DNA of 48,126 nucleotides from an uncultured Candidatus Finniella sp. (GTDB lineage: Bacteria; Pseudomonadota; Alphaproteobacteria; Paracaedibacterales; VGCI01), in NCBI GenBank assembly GCA_964424515.1, contig CAYRJJ010000003.1, forward strand, positions 1-48,126, given 5' to 3'. Position numbers and translations under genes: made by a program. A model generated the notes under the pieces. That model was given only the letters and a program-made list of their open reading frames with translations. It did no database searches and was not told the DNA's origin. Shown here piece by piece: positions 18,791 through 28,890 of this stretch. How positions within the stretch are numbered: the stretch's first letter is position 1; every line of letters begins with the position of its first letter.

Positions 18791-21577
18791 TCATTTCCAT
18801 AACCCATCCCAAACCCTTTTGATGCCCCACTTCTTATTTTCCTGACTAAACTCCCTTTCTTGAGCTTTAAGGTTTGACTTCATCTCAGGTTGCTGGCCCT
18901 CAACGACTGATTGTGTTAAATCATTCATAAATCGTGTCGTTTCTTTTTTAGCTTCAACTTGTTTTTCTAAATTTTCTATCTCTTTGTTAAAGTTATATTT
19001 ATTTTTTTCTATAGCTATAGCAGGATTGCCTGAAGGCGGCTTTTTTATGGTGAGTTTTGCTGATTCATAATGTTGATTGATATCCCATTCAGATTTTAAG
19101 TCTGCGGGCGTCATGCCTGATTGACGCTTGTCTATATGATGAGAGACCTCCTGGCGATAGGCTTCGGGGTTCAAGCTTGCTTGCTGCGCAGCCTGGACTA
19201 TATTCCCTCCATATTTTTTATTCGCGTATTCTTGTAAAGATTCCTGGGTCAGATTGCTACTTGAAGACAGACCACGCTGACGTTGTATGGAAGCGCCCTG
19301 GCTGTACATTTGGGCTTCTTGCAAACTCGCAGAGGCTTGATTTCCAAAAGATTCACCCTTATTAAAGTTAAATTGCATCTGCTCCAGTTTGGCTTTGGTC
19401 AAACTATCACCTATCGTTCCTTTGTGGTCATCAACATGGTTTAAGACGTGACTGAGGTTAGCAGAAAAACGATTGGCTTCACTAATGGAAAGGTTTTGGC
19501 CCATCGAGTCGCTATCCTTTGCAGAAACTTGATATGCGCCTCCTAAACTTCCTTTAACGCCAGCTGTTACAGCGCCTAACACGCCGACAGCACCAGAACC
19601 CCCTGGCGCAATGGTCCCTGCTTTCGTCTTAAAATCGGCGCCTGCTTCAACACTCGCATTTAAAAACATATTCAAAGCTTTTTCGTTGCTTATGCCCTTA
19701 GCCTTGGCGTAACCCTCAACCTGATCAATCACCTCATCAATTGACTTCTTAACGCTTGTATTGCTGGATTCTCCAAAAGTTTGGTTCAGCCCTTGCGCGC
19801 TGGAAATATTCTTCATCAGGGAGAACAGTTCGTTGCTTCCCATCTGCACCTGTTCCGCCGCTGATTTACTATGAGCTATGGCAGAATTAAGAGACCTGTT
19901 GCTTTGGGCTTGCCACAAGGCGCTGACGCCGTCATTGGCAGCCATGTTCGTCCCCATATTGGTTAGATGCTGCTGGAACGTTGGGGTACGATCGAACGCG
20001 CCATCTTTTATCTGACCATAAGTCGTGGCCAGGGTACCGTCATCCATCCGGGAGCCAGAGTTGATGTTAGGAGAAAGCTGCTGCTGCGCCAGCTGAGTGT
20101 TGGCCACGGACTTGTGATGCAGCGTTTGCGAGTCAAACGACACGTTGCCGTCTACCACTTCCGTAGCGGCCTTGGCCGCGAACGACTCCCCGGGTTGCTT
20201 CATACTGCTCGAAAGCTGCGACATGGCATAACTGCCTCCCCCTGACAACAACGCAAAAGAAAGTGGAGGTATGGCCAGTTGCAATCCCATCACATACGCA
20301 TAGGCATGATAGGCCGTATCCGCCAGGCCGCTTTGGGTCATGAGGTTCAATCCTTCCCCGTATCCCATTAATTGCCCTGCGCTCGCTTTAGCCAGGTACA
20401 TATGCCCAATGGCGTTAATAAGCGCTGACAGGGGCGGCCACGTCGCAAGCCATAGCATGAACTTCCCAAACGCCGTAATGAGATGAATGCCCCCTGTCGT
20501 AAAGGTGAAAGGAGCAACGGCCGCAAAGAATATTAATCCCGCAATCATAAAAAAGGCATGCAATGTCGGAATCTGAGTGCCCGACAACGCAAGTTTGATC
20601 AAGGCGGACTCGTCCTGCTGGATCTGTCCCCGCTCCGCATTGAGATAGGACAATGCCGGATTGCGCGGCAACCCGAACTCCTCCCGCTTGTCCTGAAGCG
20701 CCGCCCGGTATGCATTGAGCATCAGTTCCTGCTGGATCACATTGGCGGCATCGCTGGAGCCTTTCGCCAGATAAGCCCACGCATCCCCAAAGTATTGCCG
20801 CAAGCGCTGCGTTTCATAAGCCCCGTCACTTGTTCCCCCAAACAACCGTCTGGCAAGGGACTGGAACCCCGCCTCAACTTCAAGCGGAATCACCTCCTTT
20901 ACCCTGGCCGCGCAGCGCCCGCAAAACATAAATTCAGAACGGCCGTCAGGATGACGCCAATACATCCCCAGCGCTTTGTGAGCATTGGCTTCTATAAACC
21001 CCAGCATGTCCTGGCTTTCCATAGCCGCTTTCTTGCCAGGCGCAATATTGGTAAAGATGTAAGGCCAGGCATAACACTGGCGGGTAAAGTCCTTGATGTT
21101 TTCCCGCATGACCGGATCCCGGATCGTCAAGGTGCGAGCCTCATACATCAGCCTTGCTCCAAACATCGGCCCCACTTGCGAGATCCTCTCCATATCGCTC
21201 GTGGTCATGAACTTTTCAACAATATCGGTCAGCGCATCGCTCATTTGCGTCGACAGACTTGCCGCAAACGCAATACCGAAGGGCACATTGGCCACTGAAG
21301 CCGCCCTGAAACTCGTATCCACATGATCAACAATGTTCACTTTCACCTTTGGACCCCAGAAAAAAGCCATGAGTACAAAAGTCGGCATGATCCATTTTTT
21401 AAACAGGAAAGCCATAGACGCCGCTGGAATAGCGCGGGCCGCCACAGTTAATAATGCGCCCCCCGTCACTAGAATGCTGAGCTTGTGAAAGTAGGCGCTA
21501 TTGGCCAGCATCGCCAGAGAGTTGAATGCTTTCCACAGCATTTCCCCGCCGCCATAACTGTATACGGTAAAATCCAT
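18791..21577 (-). CDS. traG: F-type TraG (mating-pair stabilisation / pilus assembly)
   Basis: 928 aa with a polytopic N-terminal TraG_N-like region and a long periplasmic C-terminus. Its size and its position after traH match F TraG. Confidence 0.85.
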   Translation of the reverse strand: MDFTVYSYGGGEMLWKAFNSLAMLANSAYFHKLSILVTGGALLTVAARAIPAASMAFLFKKWIMPTFVLMAFFWGPKVKVNIVDHVDTSFRAASVANVPFGIAFAASLSTQMSDALTDIVEKFMTTSDMERISQVGPMFGARLMYEARTLTIRDPVMRENIKDFTRQCYAWPYIFTNIAPGKKAAMESQDMLGFIEANAHKALGMYWRHPDGRSEFMFCGRCAARVKEVIPLEVEAGFQSLARRLFGGTSDGAYETQRLRQYFGDAWAYLAKGSSDAANVIQQELMLNAYRAALQDKREEFGLPRNPALSYLNAERGQIQQDESALIKLALSGTQIPTLHAFFMIAGLIFFAAVAPFTFTTGGIHLITAFGKFMLWLATWPPLSALINAIGHMYLAKASAGQLMGYGEGLNLMTQSGLADTAYHAYAYVMGLQLAIPPLSFALLSGGGSYAMSQLSSSMKQPGESFAAKAATEVVDGNVSFDSQTLHHKSVANTQLAQQQLSPNINSGSRMDDGTLATTYGQIKDGAFDRTPTFQQHLTNMGTNMAANDGVSALWQAQSNRSLNSAIAHSKSAAEQVQMGSNELFSLMKNISSAQGLNQTFGESSNTSVKKSIDEVIDQVEGYAKAKGISNEKALNMFLNASVEAGADFKTKAGTIAPGGSGAVGVLGAVTAGVKGSLGGAYQVSAKDSDSMGQNLSISEANRFSANLSHVLNHVDDHKGTIGDSLTKAKLEQMQFNFNKGESFGNQASASLQEAQMYSQGASIQRQRGLSSSSNLTQESLQEYANKKYGGNIVQAAQQASLNPEAYRQEVSHHIDKRQSGMTPADLKSEWDINQHYESAKLTIKKPPSGNPAIAIEKNKYNFNKEIENLEKQVEAKKETTRFMNDLTQSVVEGQQPEMKSNLKAQEREFSQENKKWGIKRVWDGLWK

Positions 21578-21588
21578 GGTTATTCTCC

Positions 21589-22950
21589 CTAACTGTTTTT
21601 CGCTACAATTGTTTGTTCTATGGCCTGGATGGTTTGGTTCAGCAGATGGATAGAGCCGTTGTTGGCTCCAATCAGAAGAGCCTGAACCCGTGACCGCGAA
21701 TCCTGAAGGCTTTTCTTGAACTGCTCTATGGCGGAATCTTCAAGCTGGATCTTTTGCAAGGCGTCAATGGCTTCCAGAACTTCGCTCATCACCCGGTCAA
21801 ACTGGGTGAGAATGATATTGGCCGCAATGAACTCAACGGCATCCTGCATCAGAAACGGCGTTCCCGCCGCTGCGCTGACCTGGATATACCGGTAAACCGG
21901 CAAGTTCACCGCATCATCCAGAAACCCGATCTCCTGCGCGCTAAACTCCCCGTTGGTCATATACTTGACCCGCAGGCCGGCAATCCTGTCGCTCACCTTT
22001 GACCTCATAGAACCATTTTCTCCTTTCTGATCATGGGGAATGGTAATTGGCGTCAGCTGAGGAGCAAGGCAGCGCTCCTTTTCATCACACGTGAGCTGAG
22101 AGGTCGTCCCTCCTTTCAGGTAAGCGGCGATAAATTCCTTCTGATCCGCTTTCGGTTCAATGATGCGCAACCGGAAGCCATCCCCGTCTTTACGGGATAT
22201 TACGGTTCCCGTAACGCTCATGATGAAAGACGCCAGCTCCTTGTTGCTTGAATAAGCAGGCATCTTCTTCATCACATGCCACACCAGGTTGTATTCTCCC
22301 TGCAGCAGATCCTTGTACTTTTGCTGAGACGCTTCCACGCCTGACTGGACCCTGGCGGGCTTGTCACAATGTTTTCTGCCTCCAAACCAGTCTTCACCTC
22401 CCTGACGCTGCTGGGCCATGCACAGTTCTTCACTGGCCGCCGTGCCTTTAGGCCACAAGCCCCCCACAATCTGCTGGCTGGCCTGGCAAGACGTCAGCAT
22501 CATATTGTTCATGTCCTGGATGTATTTGCGCAACTGAGCCAAAAGGTTCTCAATTTGAGGGGCCTGGGTCTTTAAGGCCAACTGAAGGGCGAAGGTGGGA
22601 ATGCCTGTACCCACCTGACGGAGCAACTGGGATAGCTGGTCGCCTTTTAAAAAGGAGAAAGACCCAAAATATAAATCCAGGCTGTTACACCCGACTCCCA
22701 GCCTGGGAAGGCTGATATTAACCGGTTGAACAAGCGTATTATTCTGCCGCATTGCATATCCGCCGCCAGTGTAATACCCGGAAGCCTGGTCTGAGAATGA
22801 TCCGGCGGACGTGCCGTTAACGCTTGCCCCCAGGCTCTCAAAAAATCGGTCAAGAGCCCCACTGGCTTGAGCAGGGCTTAAGGTTATCAAGACCATAAAC
22901 GTCATGACGACAAGCTTCAGCAGATTGTTTCCAGGGACGTTATTTTGCAT
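21589..22950 (-). CDS. traH: F-type TraH
   Basis: Signal peptide, then GGGYAMRQNNTLVQPVNISLPRLGVGCNSLDLYFGSFSF, the typical TraH N-terminal block. Confidence 0.9.
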   Translation of the reverse strand: MQNNVPGNNLLKLVVMTFMVLITLSPAQASGALDRFFESLGASVNGTSAGSFSDQASGYYTGGGYAMRQNNTLVQPVNISLPRLGVGCNSLDLYFGSFSFLKGDQLSQLLRQVGTGIPTFALQLALKTQAPQIENLLAQLRKYIQDMNNMMLTSCQASQQIVGGLWPKGTAASEELCMAQQRQGGEDWFGGRKHCDKPARVQSGVEASQQKYKDLLQGEYNLVWHVMKKMPAYSSNKELASFIMSVTGTVISRKDGDGFRLRIIEPKADQKEFIAAYLKGGTTSQLTCDEKERCLAPQLTPITIPHDQKGENGSMRSKVSDRIAGLRVKYMTNGEFSAQEIGFLDDAVNLPVYRYIQVSAAAGTPFLMQDAVEFIAANIILTQFDRVMSEVLEAIDALQKIQLEDSAIEQFKKSLQDSRSRVQALLIGANNGSIHLLNQTIQAIEQTIVAKNS

Positions 22951-23761
22951 GGGCTTGTTCCTTTAAAAACCGGATGATCACCTTAAAATTTTCTTTTAAT
23001 TCAGAAGGGCTGATCAGACCCCTTGCCAGAGGGATCGTTTGACCGGACCGGGGATTGACCAGCAATACCATGGGAAACACCCCTTCAGGATTCATCTGTC
23101 CTATGGTCCCATTGTCCCTAACCGCATCCGGAAATGCCTCAACAGGCTGCCCGTCTGGCGATATGGCTTTGATGGCAAAATGATATCGGTCTGCCAGCTG
23201 CCTGACCGCAGGGGCCATTTCGTGGCAGTAAGGACAATCCTTTCTGAACAGGAAAAAAAGCCCGTGGGTTTTCGCCAGAACAAAAATGTCTTCCTCAAGC
23301 TGTTTTTCCATCTTCTCCTGATAGATTTGCCGATGCCGGGAAGAGGGCCAATCCGCTTCGCGATAGTTCTCTCCTGAAAGAAGAGACGATACCATCCAGG
23401 TTTTCTCAAAATTGCTCGAGCGATTAACGATCCGGTTATACGCCTTCTGGAATGCCAGGACGTTTTCCAGGGTCGGATACAAAATAGCTCGGGCTTGCAG
23501 CTCCTCAAAATCCTTGCGCGCTTTCTCCATCTCCCGAGTGTGAACGTAGGAGCCTTGAGCATCACTTTTTGAAGCAGCGTTATTGTCAGGATGTAACGAT
23601 TGGCTTTTTTCGTCTGGTCTGTTTGCCGGTTTTGACCTCAAAGGAGGATCAATGTACCAGGACCACCCCGCATCCGGCGCTTCATACCAGGTCTTTGCTT
23701 GATTATGTTTGGCATAACCTTCAGCATTCATGATAAATAGGGAGATGCATACAAGCAGCAT
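22940..23761 (-). CDS. traF: F-type TraF-like thioredoxin-fold protein with a CPYC motif
   Basis: I moved the start to ATG 23761 (AGGA SD, 11 nt after the traN stop). Signal peptide MLLVCISLFIMNAEGYA. C-terminal LFFLFRKDCPYCHEMAPAV. Confidence 0.85.
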   Translation of the reverse strand: MLLVCISLFIMNAEGYAKHNQAKTWYEAPDAGWSWYIDPPLRSKPANRPDEKSQSLHPDNNAASKSDAQGSYVHTREMEKARKDFEELQARAILYPTLENVLAFQKAYNRIVNRSSNFEKTWMVSSLLSGENYREADWPSSRHRQIYQEKMEKQLEEDIFVLAKTHGLFFLFRKDCPYCHEMAPAVRQLADRYHFAIKAISPDGQPVEAFPDAVRDNGTIGQMNPEGVFPMVLLVNPRSGQTIPLARGLISPSELKENFKVIIRFLKEQAHAK

Positions 23762-23771
23762 GAGTAAATTC

Positions 23772-25643
23772 CTAGAATTGATCACGGGGGTGTCCTTGTA
23801 CCAAAGTCGTTTCTGAACCAGGGGCGCCCTTAGGGGCATCCTTTACCGCTTGAGACGAAGGCTTCAGAAGGCTCCCCTTGATTTCCATAGACTGCTTGAG
23901 GCCGGATACCAGCTTTTCAGCGCTGGGAGGCTTTGTTCGACCCATCACTTCCGAAAGAATTTCAGAGAAATTGATTTGAGAGAAATCAATCCTGGACAGT
24001 TGCTCAGCTGTTAGACCCTGGCACTCAGGATGCTCGGGAGACCCAAAACCAAGACCTAACTGTCTTTTCCCTTGCTCCTGAACGATTTTGGCAAGCTTCG
24101 TGCCGTAACAGCAAAAGGTGGTTTTCTTGCGAATGCAGACGCCAAGCTTTTTTTCAGCGCAGTATGTTCCCACCTGGATACACCGGTTTTTGCCTCGTAA
24201 TTCAGCAAGCTCCTTTTCAGTGGCATCACACGAAGCGAGCTTTAAAGAGACGCCCCATCCGTCGCCATTACCGCAACAGTCCTTAAAGCTGACGCAATGG
24301 CGCGTACACCGGCGGTCTGACCCCTTGAATATGCTTCCAAGGTTTTTTAAATCATCCCCCGCCTCTTTGAGAACAGACATATGGCTCATCACTTGAGCCA
24401 AATCAGAATTGGGTCCATAAGTTTGATCCGCGCAATCCCCGCTGAGACAAAACAGGTTCATCTTGCCGGATGACCGATACGTCCTCCCTGAAACCTTCCC
24501 GCCGGGACACCGGTAGGTCTGCTCCCATACCACACAGACATCCCTCACCTTTTCCTTGCAGGTGGAATGAACCTGATAACAGCCTTTGGCTCTTAGAGCC
24601 GCGCAATCATTTTTAGCCGGATAATGGCAGCGGTAGCGCTTCTTGCGCCGCCACCAGTCTCTTGAAACCGGATACCCGTTTACGATGCGCGTCTGCGGCC
24701 CCTCAACGACAATCACCTCCTCATAAGAGCACAAGCCCTGCTCGGCCCGCTCTTCCCAATGCCCGCAATTATCCCGTATATGCTCAACGACGTTTTCTTC
24801 ACCGGGTTTCAGGCTGATATCCACAAGAACATCATGCTTGTTGATCCAGAACCATCCGCCCCTGGCTGTAGTCACGGAGACGACGCCCGACTGGGATAAA
24901 GACGCCCACCAGGGCGGCGTATATCCTTCCCGGTAAGCCACGCTCTTGACCCGAGAGATCAATTCAGCGGGCAAGGGATTCCGCAACACTGTATGAGCTG
25001 CGTAAGCATAAGTATGAACGGTAGACCCATCCAGCTTTTGATCCGTGAGAACGTTGCGGGCAAGTCCGCCGGCCCATCCATGGGAATAAACATACAGCTC
25101 GCTTTTCCAGGGTTGAGGATCCGGAACTTCCACAATCCGGGTTTCCTCGCCTTCCTCAAGCGTCTCCTCCCCTGACTCCTCACAAACTTTTGTCTCTTCA
25201 GGAGTTGTCCGTGATTCCCTGACGGACTCAACCGTTTCCTCCAAAACTTTTCCAGGATCCTTTACAATCTCATTGCCCGACAAAATCAGTGGATCCGTGT
25301 GGGGATCGATCACGAACCGTTCTCCCTTGTCAAAATTCTCAGCGATAAGCCGGGAAGCTTCATCACTCTGAAAGGCCTTAGCGGACTGTTCACCAAGGTC
25401 ATGGGCTTTTATCCCGCTTTGGGGCAAGTCTGTGCCTGCGTAGCCCGTCACATTCTGAACGCTTCCCGGCTGAGGAAAAGGGATGCCTTGCGCGAGCGAC
25501 ATCCCCTGCCGGTGAGCGTCAGACATGGCTTGACCAGAAACCGTCATCGATACAATGACCAGCAAGAGGGTGAACCCGCAAGTCGCGCTCTTTGCAGCAA
25601 GCATCATGAAGGCAAACAGGAATGGCTTGGCAGGAAGGTTCAA
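23772..25643 (-). CDS. traN: F-type TraN (Cys-rich outer-membrane mating-pair stabilisation protein)
   Basis: Signal peptide and many Cys residues. The C-terminal block CCGNGDGWG...FCCYGTKLAKIVQEQGKRQLG is typical of TraN. ATGA overlap with trbC. Confidence 0.9.
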   Translation of the reverse strand: MNLPAKPFLFAFMMLAAKSATCGFTLLLVIVSMTVSGQAMSDAHRQGMSLAQGIPFPQPGSVQNVTGYAGTDLPQSGIKAHDLGEQSAKAFQSDEASRLIAENFDKGERFVIDPHTDPLILSGNEIVKDPGKVLEETVESVRESRTTPEETKVCEESGEETLEEGEETRIVEVPDPQPWKSELYVYSHGWAGGLARNVLTDQKLDGSTVHTYAYAAHTVLRNPLPAELISRVKSVAYREGYTPPWWASLSQSGVVSVTTARGGWFWINKHDVLVDISLKPGEENVVEHIRDNCGHWEERAEQGLCSYEEVIVVEGPQTRIVNGYPVSRDWWRRKKRYRCHYPAKNDCAALRAKGCYQVHSTCKEKVRDVCVVWEQTYRCPGGKVSGRTYRSSGKMNLFCLSGDCADQTYGPNSDLAQVMSHMSVLKEAGDDLKNLGSIFKGSDRRCTRHCVSFKDCCGNGDGWGVSLKLASCDATEKELAELRGKNRCIQVGTYCAEKKLGVCIRKKTTFCCYGTKLAKIVQEQGKRQLGLGFGSPEHPECQGLTAEQLSRIDFSQINFSEILSEVMGRTKPPSAEKLVSGLKQSMEIKGSLLKPSSQAVKDAPKGAPGSETTLVQGHPRDQF

Positions 25644-26422
25644 ACTTGTCCTCCCTGAAGCTTCCGAAAGAGATCCCTGGCCGCTTCCTGAAGGGCGCCA
25701 TTCACGCTTGAGCGCTCCAGAAAGGCCCCTAAAGTGACGTTGCCAATCATCTTGTCATGGGTATTTCCTTGCGAGAGGACAAAGGCCGGTACACGGGAGA
25801 TGTCAAACTTGTCGAACTTTTCGGGATCAATATCCACAACAATCCCTAATTCACGGATATAGTTTTGAGTCTCCTTAAAACTTCCTCCCATCAACCCCCG
25901 GAACAGCAGCCTAGCCCCAATCCGGTTAGCCTGATTCCACAATTCTTTAAGCGAGTCAGCGGGAACGCTTGCGGAAACAAAGACAAGAAGAGTGACGCCT
26001 GAAGATCTTCTTGACCGCTGGTGAACTTCCAGGCTTTCAAAAAGCGATGAAGGGCATTTTCCTGAAGGACGGGACGCGGATCCCTGTCCCTGGCATTTTT
26101 TCTGGCCCTCATGAATAAACGGCACATTTTTTAAGGGCACTTGCCCGGGTTTCTGGTTAATTGAAGCGGCCTGATCAAAATGCTTGCGAATCATTCCGGA
26201 AGCATATCCAGATTCCCGCAAACCCTTATTTGCAAGAGTATCGATGATCTTTGAGGCTTCATGATCCGCCGAGTCTTGTAAACCTTGCGCCTGCGTGATG
26301 AGATCATTTGCCTCATCACCCCGGGTTTCCGAAGCAAAAAGACACGGGAATCCCGGTAATATCGATGCCCATAACAGAAAGGCCATTCGCATATGCGCCA
26401 GCAAAAGGGGGACCCTGTTCAT
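25640..26422 (-). CDS. trbC: F-type TrbC
   Basis: Signal peptide. LLVFVSASVPADSLKEL...LLFRGLMGGSFKET...DIDPEKFDKFDISRVPAFVL. Confidence 0.85.
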   Translation of the reverse strand: MNRVPLLLAHMRMAFLLWASILPGFPCLFASETRGDEANDLITQAQGLQDSADHEASKIIDTLANKGLRESGYASGMIRKHFDQAASINQKPGQVPLKNVPFIHEGQKKCQGQGSASRPSGKCPSSLFESLEVHQRSRRSSGVTLLVFVSASVPADSLKELWNQANRIGARLLFRGLMGGSFKETQNYIRELGIVVDIDPEKFDKFDISRVPAFVLSQGNTHDKMIGNVTLGAFLERSSVNGALQEAARDLFRKLQGGQV

Positions 26423-26425
26423 CGA

Positions 26426-27049
26426 TTAGGCTCCTTTTCCGGAAGAACCATTTTTCAGCTTTGGTTCTTGAGCGCTTAAGGCGCACAATTGCGCAAACGA
26501 TATCGTCTTTCCTGGCGCTCTTTGAGAAAACCCTCTGTCCCAATACTCGAGAAAGGCGTCTGTTCCATCCCTGACGCTTGACGGCTTCTTGCGCCATACG
26601 ATTTGAAAGCCATAGTGGCGGGCAAAGGACTTCAGTTCCTGGCGTAATTCCCTGGCGAACTCCAGAGCGTCTTGCGTATCATTCAGAATCATATCCTGTT
26701 CCTGGTTATGGACGATTTCCCGAGTACTATTATGATAGGGGTCATCGCGATGAGAACCATCCTGATGGGAGTCATCTCCATGAAGTTCTTCCTGGCTGCA
26801 GACAAGGTCGCTGAGCTTGCCCCAGTACAACCGGCGCCAGTCAATAAAGATCAGTTTTTTTCCTGCTTTGCGATCTTTCTTGCAGACGGGATTTGGGTGT
26901 GTAAAGGTGCCAAACCCAACGGACTTCACCCGTTTCAGCTCCTTGTGAAAGGCGGGGCGAAAATAATGCTCGCCGTTCGCGCCTGGGGATGCATTCATGC
27001 TGCTCCCTAAAATAAAACTTGATGTCATCATAACGATATGTTTTCGCAT
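26426..27049 (-). CDS. Hypothetical exported protein embedded in the Mpf operon
   Basis: AGGAG SD 9 nt before ATG 27049. N-terminal signal-like MRKHIVMMTSSFILGSSMNA. His/Asp-rich stretch HGDDSHQDGSHRDDPYH. Its stop lies 3 nt before the trbC ATG. I recognise no family. Confidence 0.6.
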   Translation of the reverse strand: MRKHIVMMTSSFILGSSMNASPGANGEHYFRPAFHKELKRVKSVGFGTFTHPNPVCKKDRKAGKKLIFIDWRRLYWGKLSDLVCSQEELHGDDSHQDGSHRDDPYHNSTREIVHNQEQDMILNDTQDALEFARELRQELKSFARHYGFQIVWRKKPSSVRDGTDAFLEYWDRGFSQRAPGKTISFAQLCALSAQEPKLKNGSSGKGA

Positions 27050-27067
27050 TATATTTTTCTCCTGAAG

Positions 27068-28276
27068 CTACAATAAACAACAATCCCTGCGCCGCCACGC
27101 CAGGTACCCAAAATCAGAGCCGTTGTAAGGAAACTCCTTGCCCCCTTGCCAAAACAGTTCCGTATGACCCAACGGATAACAGTCATGGGCCGTGGGAAGG
27201 GGATAGGTCATCTGCAAGCGGTATTGGCTTTTCCTGATAACCGGCATGGGATATTTGGAACAAAGGCCCTCCTTGCCATATGTCCCCCACAGCAGGGCCT
27301 CGCGGTGCAGCTTGGCCATAAATCGGCCTGTGATGAGCAGACTGGCCTGGACGCCTCCTGAGTGATCATTCAGGGTCCCCGTAAAAGGGTAAAGTCCTCC
27401 CTGGCATCCAGAACACCAGAACAGCGTATCCAGAGGCAGGTTCAGGGAAGAGGCTAAACAATCACCGGCGCAAGCGGCCTGAGCGACCACGTTCCCGAAC
27501 AGAACGGATTCAGGGTTCAAAATGAAGGACTTCTGATCATCATTCCATAAAGGGTCAAGTTCCGTCAGGTAAGCCAGATCGATTGACATGGTTTCCAGGC
27601 ATACGAAGTCCGTGAGAACTTCCAGCCAGTACATGACCGGATAGACGTACCAGTGAACCTGATAAAAACTTTGATGGGTTCCGTCTTCAGGATTTTCTTC
27701 AACGTCCCCGCGATCATGAACGCCAGAACTGGCGACGGATATTCCTCCCATGTTGACCAGGCAATAAGGCGTGCGGGTCACATCCACCAGGCGCACCGGC
27801 TCCCAGAACCCGACGGGAATGCCCGGCATCGGCGCGTTCAAGGGCGGCTTCTTGCAAAAACAAACCGGTTCCCGGGAACCTTTAGGACTGGGCTTGCCCT
27901 TTACCACGTCTATGCCCATAATCGTGAGGGGAAAGACGCACTTCCAGCAAATGTCGGTGACCGGATTAACGAACTTTCCATGACAAACTCCCCCATAGAC
28001 GGATGATGTAAAAGAGCTTAAAAAAACGATTATGAAAGACCCCCTGATCCATAAAGACCCTTTGATCCACCTCGAGAACCCCATGGTGTCGCCCCTGGAT
28101 TTTATGACGGTGAGCATCGCTGTTGTGATCTTGCTCGCCATCATCTTGCGGTATTTTCCTAAAATCCCGGAGCCCAACTGGCGGTTCCGCTCTCCGATCG
28201 GCAAGTTGCCCTTCTTTGACGGGGTCGTTTTGTATGGCCTGGTCCTTCTACTCGCCTGCTTCGTTTTTAAATTCAT
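27068..28276 (-). CDS. traU: F-type TraU
   Basis: CHGKFVNPVTDICWKCVFPLTIMG is the hallmark motif. ATGA overlap with the traW stop. It has a basic N-terminal extension of about 60 aa if ATG 28276 is used. Confidence 0.9.
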   Translation of the reverse strand: MNLKTKQASRRTRPYKTTPSKKGNLPIGERNRQLGSGILGKYRKMMASKITTAMLTVIKSRGDTMGFSRWIKGSLWIRGSFIIVFLSSFTSSVYGGVCHGKFVNPVTDICWKCVFPLTIMGIDVVKGKPSPKGSREPVCFCKKPPLNAPMPGIPVGFWEPVRLVDVTRTPYCLVNMGGISVASSGVHDRGDVEENPEDGTHQSFYQVHWYVYPVMYWLEVLTDFVCLETMSIDLAYLTELDPLWNDDQKSFILNPESVLFGNVVAQAACAGDCLASSLNLPLDTLFWCSGCQGGLYPFTGTLNDHSGGVQASLLITGRFMAKLHREALLWGTYGKEGLCSKYPMPVIRKSQYRLQMTYPLPTAHDCYPLGHTELFWQGGKEFPYNGSDFGYLAWRRRDCCLL

Positions 28277-28890
28277 CGGGATATTCCTTCTGCCAAACTG
28301 AGTTCTTCAATCAGTAGCGCTTTGTCTTTCTGAGAGATCCGGGCTGGGACAGCCTTAATGCTGAACTTGTTCGACAGGATCGCTCCCTGATCAAAGTAGA
28401 AGATTCTTTTATGGGTTCTGGATAGTGGCAAGGGTTTGCCGCTGACCAGCACGATTTTGGCATCCTGTTTTAAGGCCCATTGCACCTGATCCTCATCTTC
28501 TCCCTGAATCAAAACAAGCGGCTTGCCAAAGGAATGATCGTCCAGCGGATTCACCTGCATTCCCTTGCGAGCGATAAAGTTTCCTTTATGGTCTTTAATA
28601 TCCCCGTCAATGATGATGGACGGATCATACTCCCTTGACTGGTAAGCTGTGGCCTTTACGATCCCGGAAACAGGCTGCGGGGATTCAACAGAGGCTTTGA
28701 CCCTTTCCTGAATTTCCCTTTGATGCCGGATCAGCTGGTTTGTCGATTCCAGGCTTTTCAGCCGGTCATAGATCATTTCCAGCAGGCTTTGTTCCCTGAT
28801 CTCAAACGTCGCTCCCGCCACGCCAAAATCCTTTGAGACAGCCGGAACAACAACAGATGCCGCCACAATAACGGAGAGTTTTTTAAACAT
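28273..28890 (-). CDS. traW: F-type TraW
   Basis: Signal peptide, then FGVAGATFEIREQSLLEMIYDRL. It sits between traC and traU as in F. Confidence 0.8.
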   Translation of the reverse strand: MFKKLSVIVAASVVVPAVSKDFGVAGATFEIREQSLLEMIYDRLKSLESTNQLIRHQREIQERVKASVESPQPVSGIVKATAYQSREYDPSIIIDGDIKDHKGNFIARKGMQVNPLDDHSFGKPLVLIQGEDEDQVQWALKQDAKIVLVSGKPLPLSRTHKRIFYFDQGAILSNKFSIKAVPARISQKDKALLIEELSLAEGISR

